64,000 nt of DNA from Nitrospirota bacterium (GTDB lineage Bacteria > Nitrospirota > UBA9217). The stretch covers positions 192,001-256,000 of the forward strand of contig CAVTRN010000001.1 in the NCBI GenBank assembly GCA_963737155.1. Reading direction: 5' to 3'. Made by a program: the position numbers and the translations under genes. Below are positions 63,769 to 64,000 of the stretch, piece after piece. Each line of letters starts with the position of its first letter. The stretch's first letter is position 1. Below the pieces are notes generated by a model, which did no database searches, was not told the origin of the DNA, and saw only the letters and a list, made by a program, of their open reading frames with translations.

Positions 63769-64000
63769 ACTTTTCTCCTTTTTCCCCTCTCGGACGCACA
63801 GATGCGCTTGAACTGCGGAATGTCGGGACGACATGGACGATTCCCTACAACGTGATATTTCGCGCTCCTCATCCCGAAAAAAAATACTAGCATATCATAC
63901 ACCTTTCCGAAGTGAAAATCTCCTATTCATTTATCCAGTGGTAAAAATCCTCGACATCACGAAATAACCGCGTTCCATACCAGGCATCTGCCTATTTTTA

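Overview
Chromosomal window from a probable anaerobic Gram-negative bacterium (Nitrospirota- or deltaproteobacteria-like gene content; the lineage is an inference). Two core-like flanks surround a ~26-kb accessory mosaic. The left flank carries YeeE, a Liv-type ABC transporter, a hybrid kinase, deoC, an aminotransferase, an acetate/acyl-CoA cluster and tRNA-Val/tRNA-Asp. The right flank carries pepF, csp, tpx, fadD, a pirin and a THUMP methyltransferase. The mosaic (~29.5-55 kb) starts just after tRNA-Asp with repeated arm-like motifs and a Tn7-like transposon end. It holds a decaheme OmcA/MtrC-type lipoprotein cytochrome bracketed by palindromic direct repeats, a HiPIP fragment, attC-like sites, duplicated YncE-like genes, RecD2 and many pseudogenes. 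Mobile elements: one intact IS1634 with terminal inverted repeats and a 6-bp target duplication, an IS200, a solo IS607 TnpA with a tnpB stub, IS630 and IS110 relics, and a stand-alone atypical 563-aa TnpB. The best lead is that the structured 3' end of this TnpB (putative omegaRNA scaffold) recurs 39.6 kb away as an orphan copy with the same spacing, retained base pairing and a different downstream flank. No CRISPR array was seen. All family calls come from motifs recognised by eye; no searches were run.
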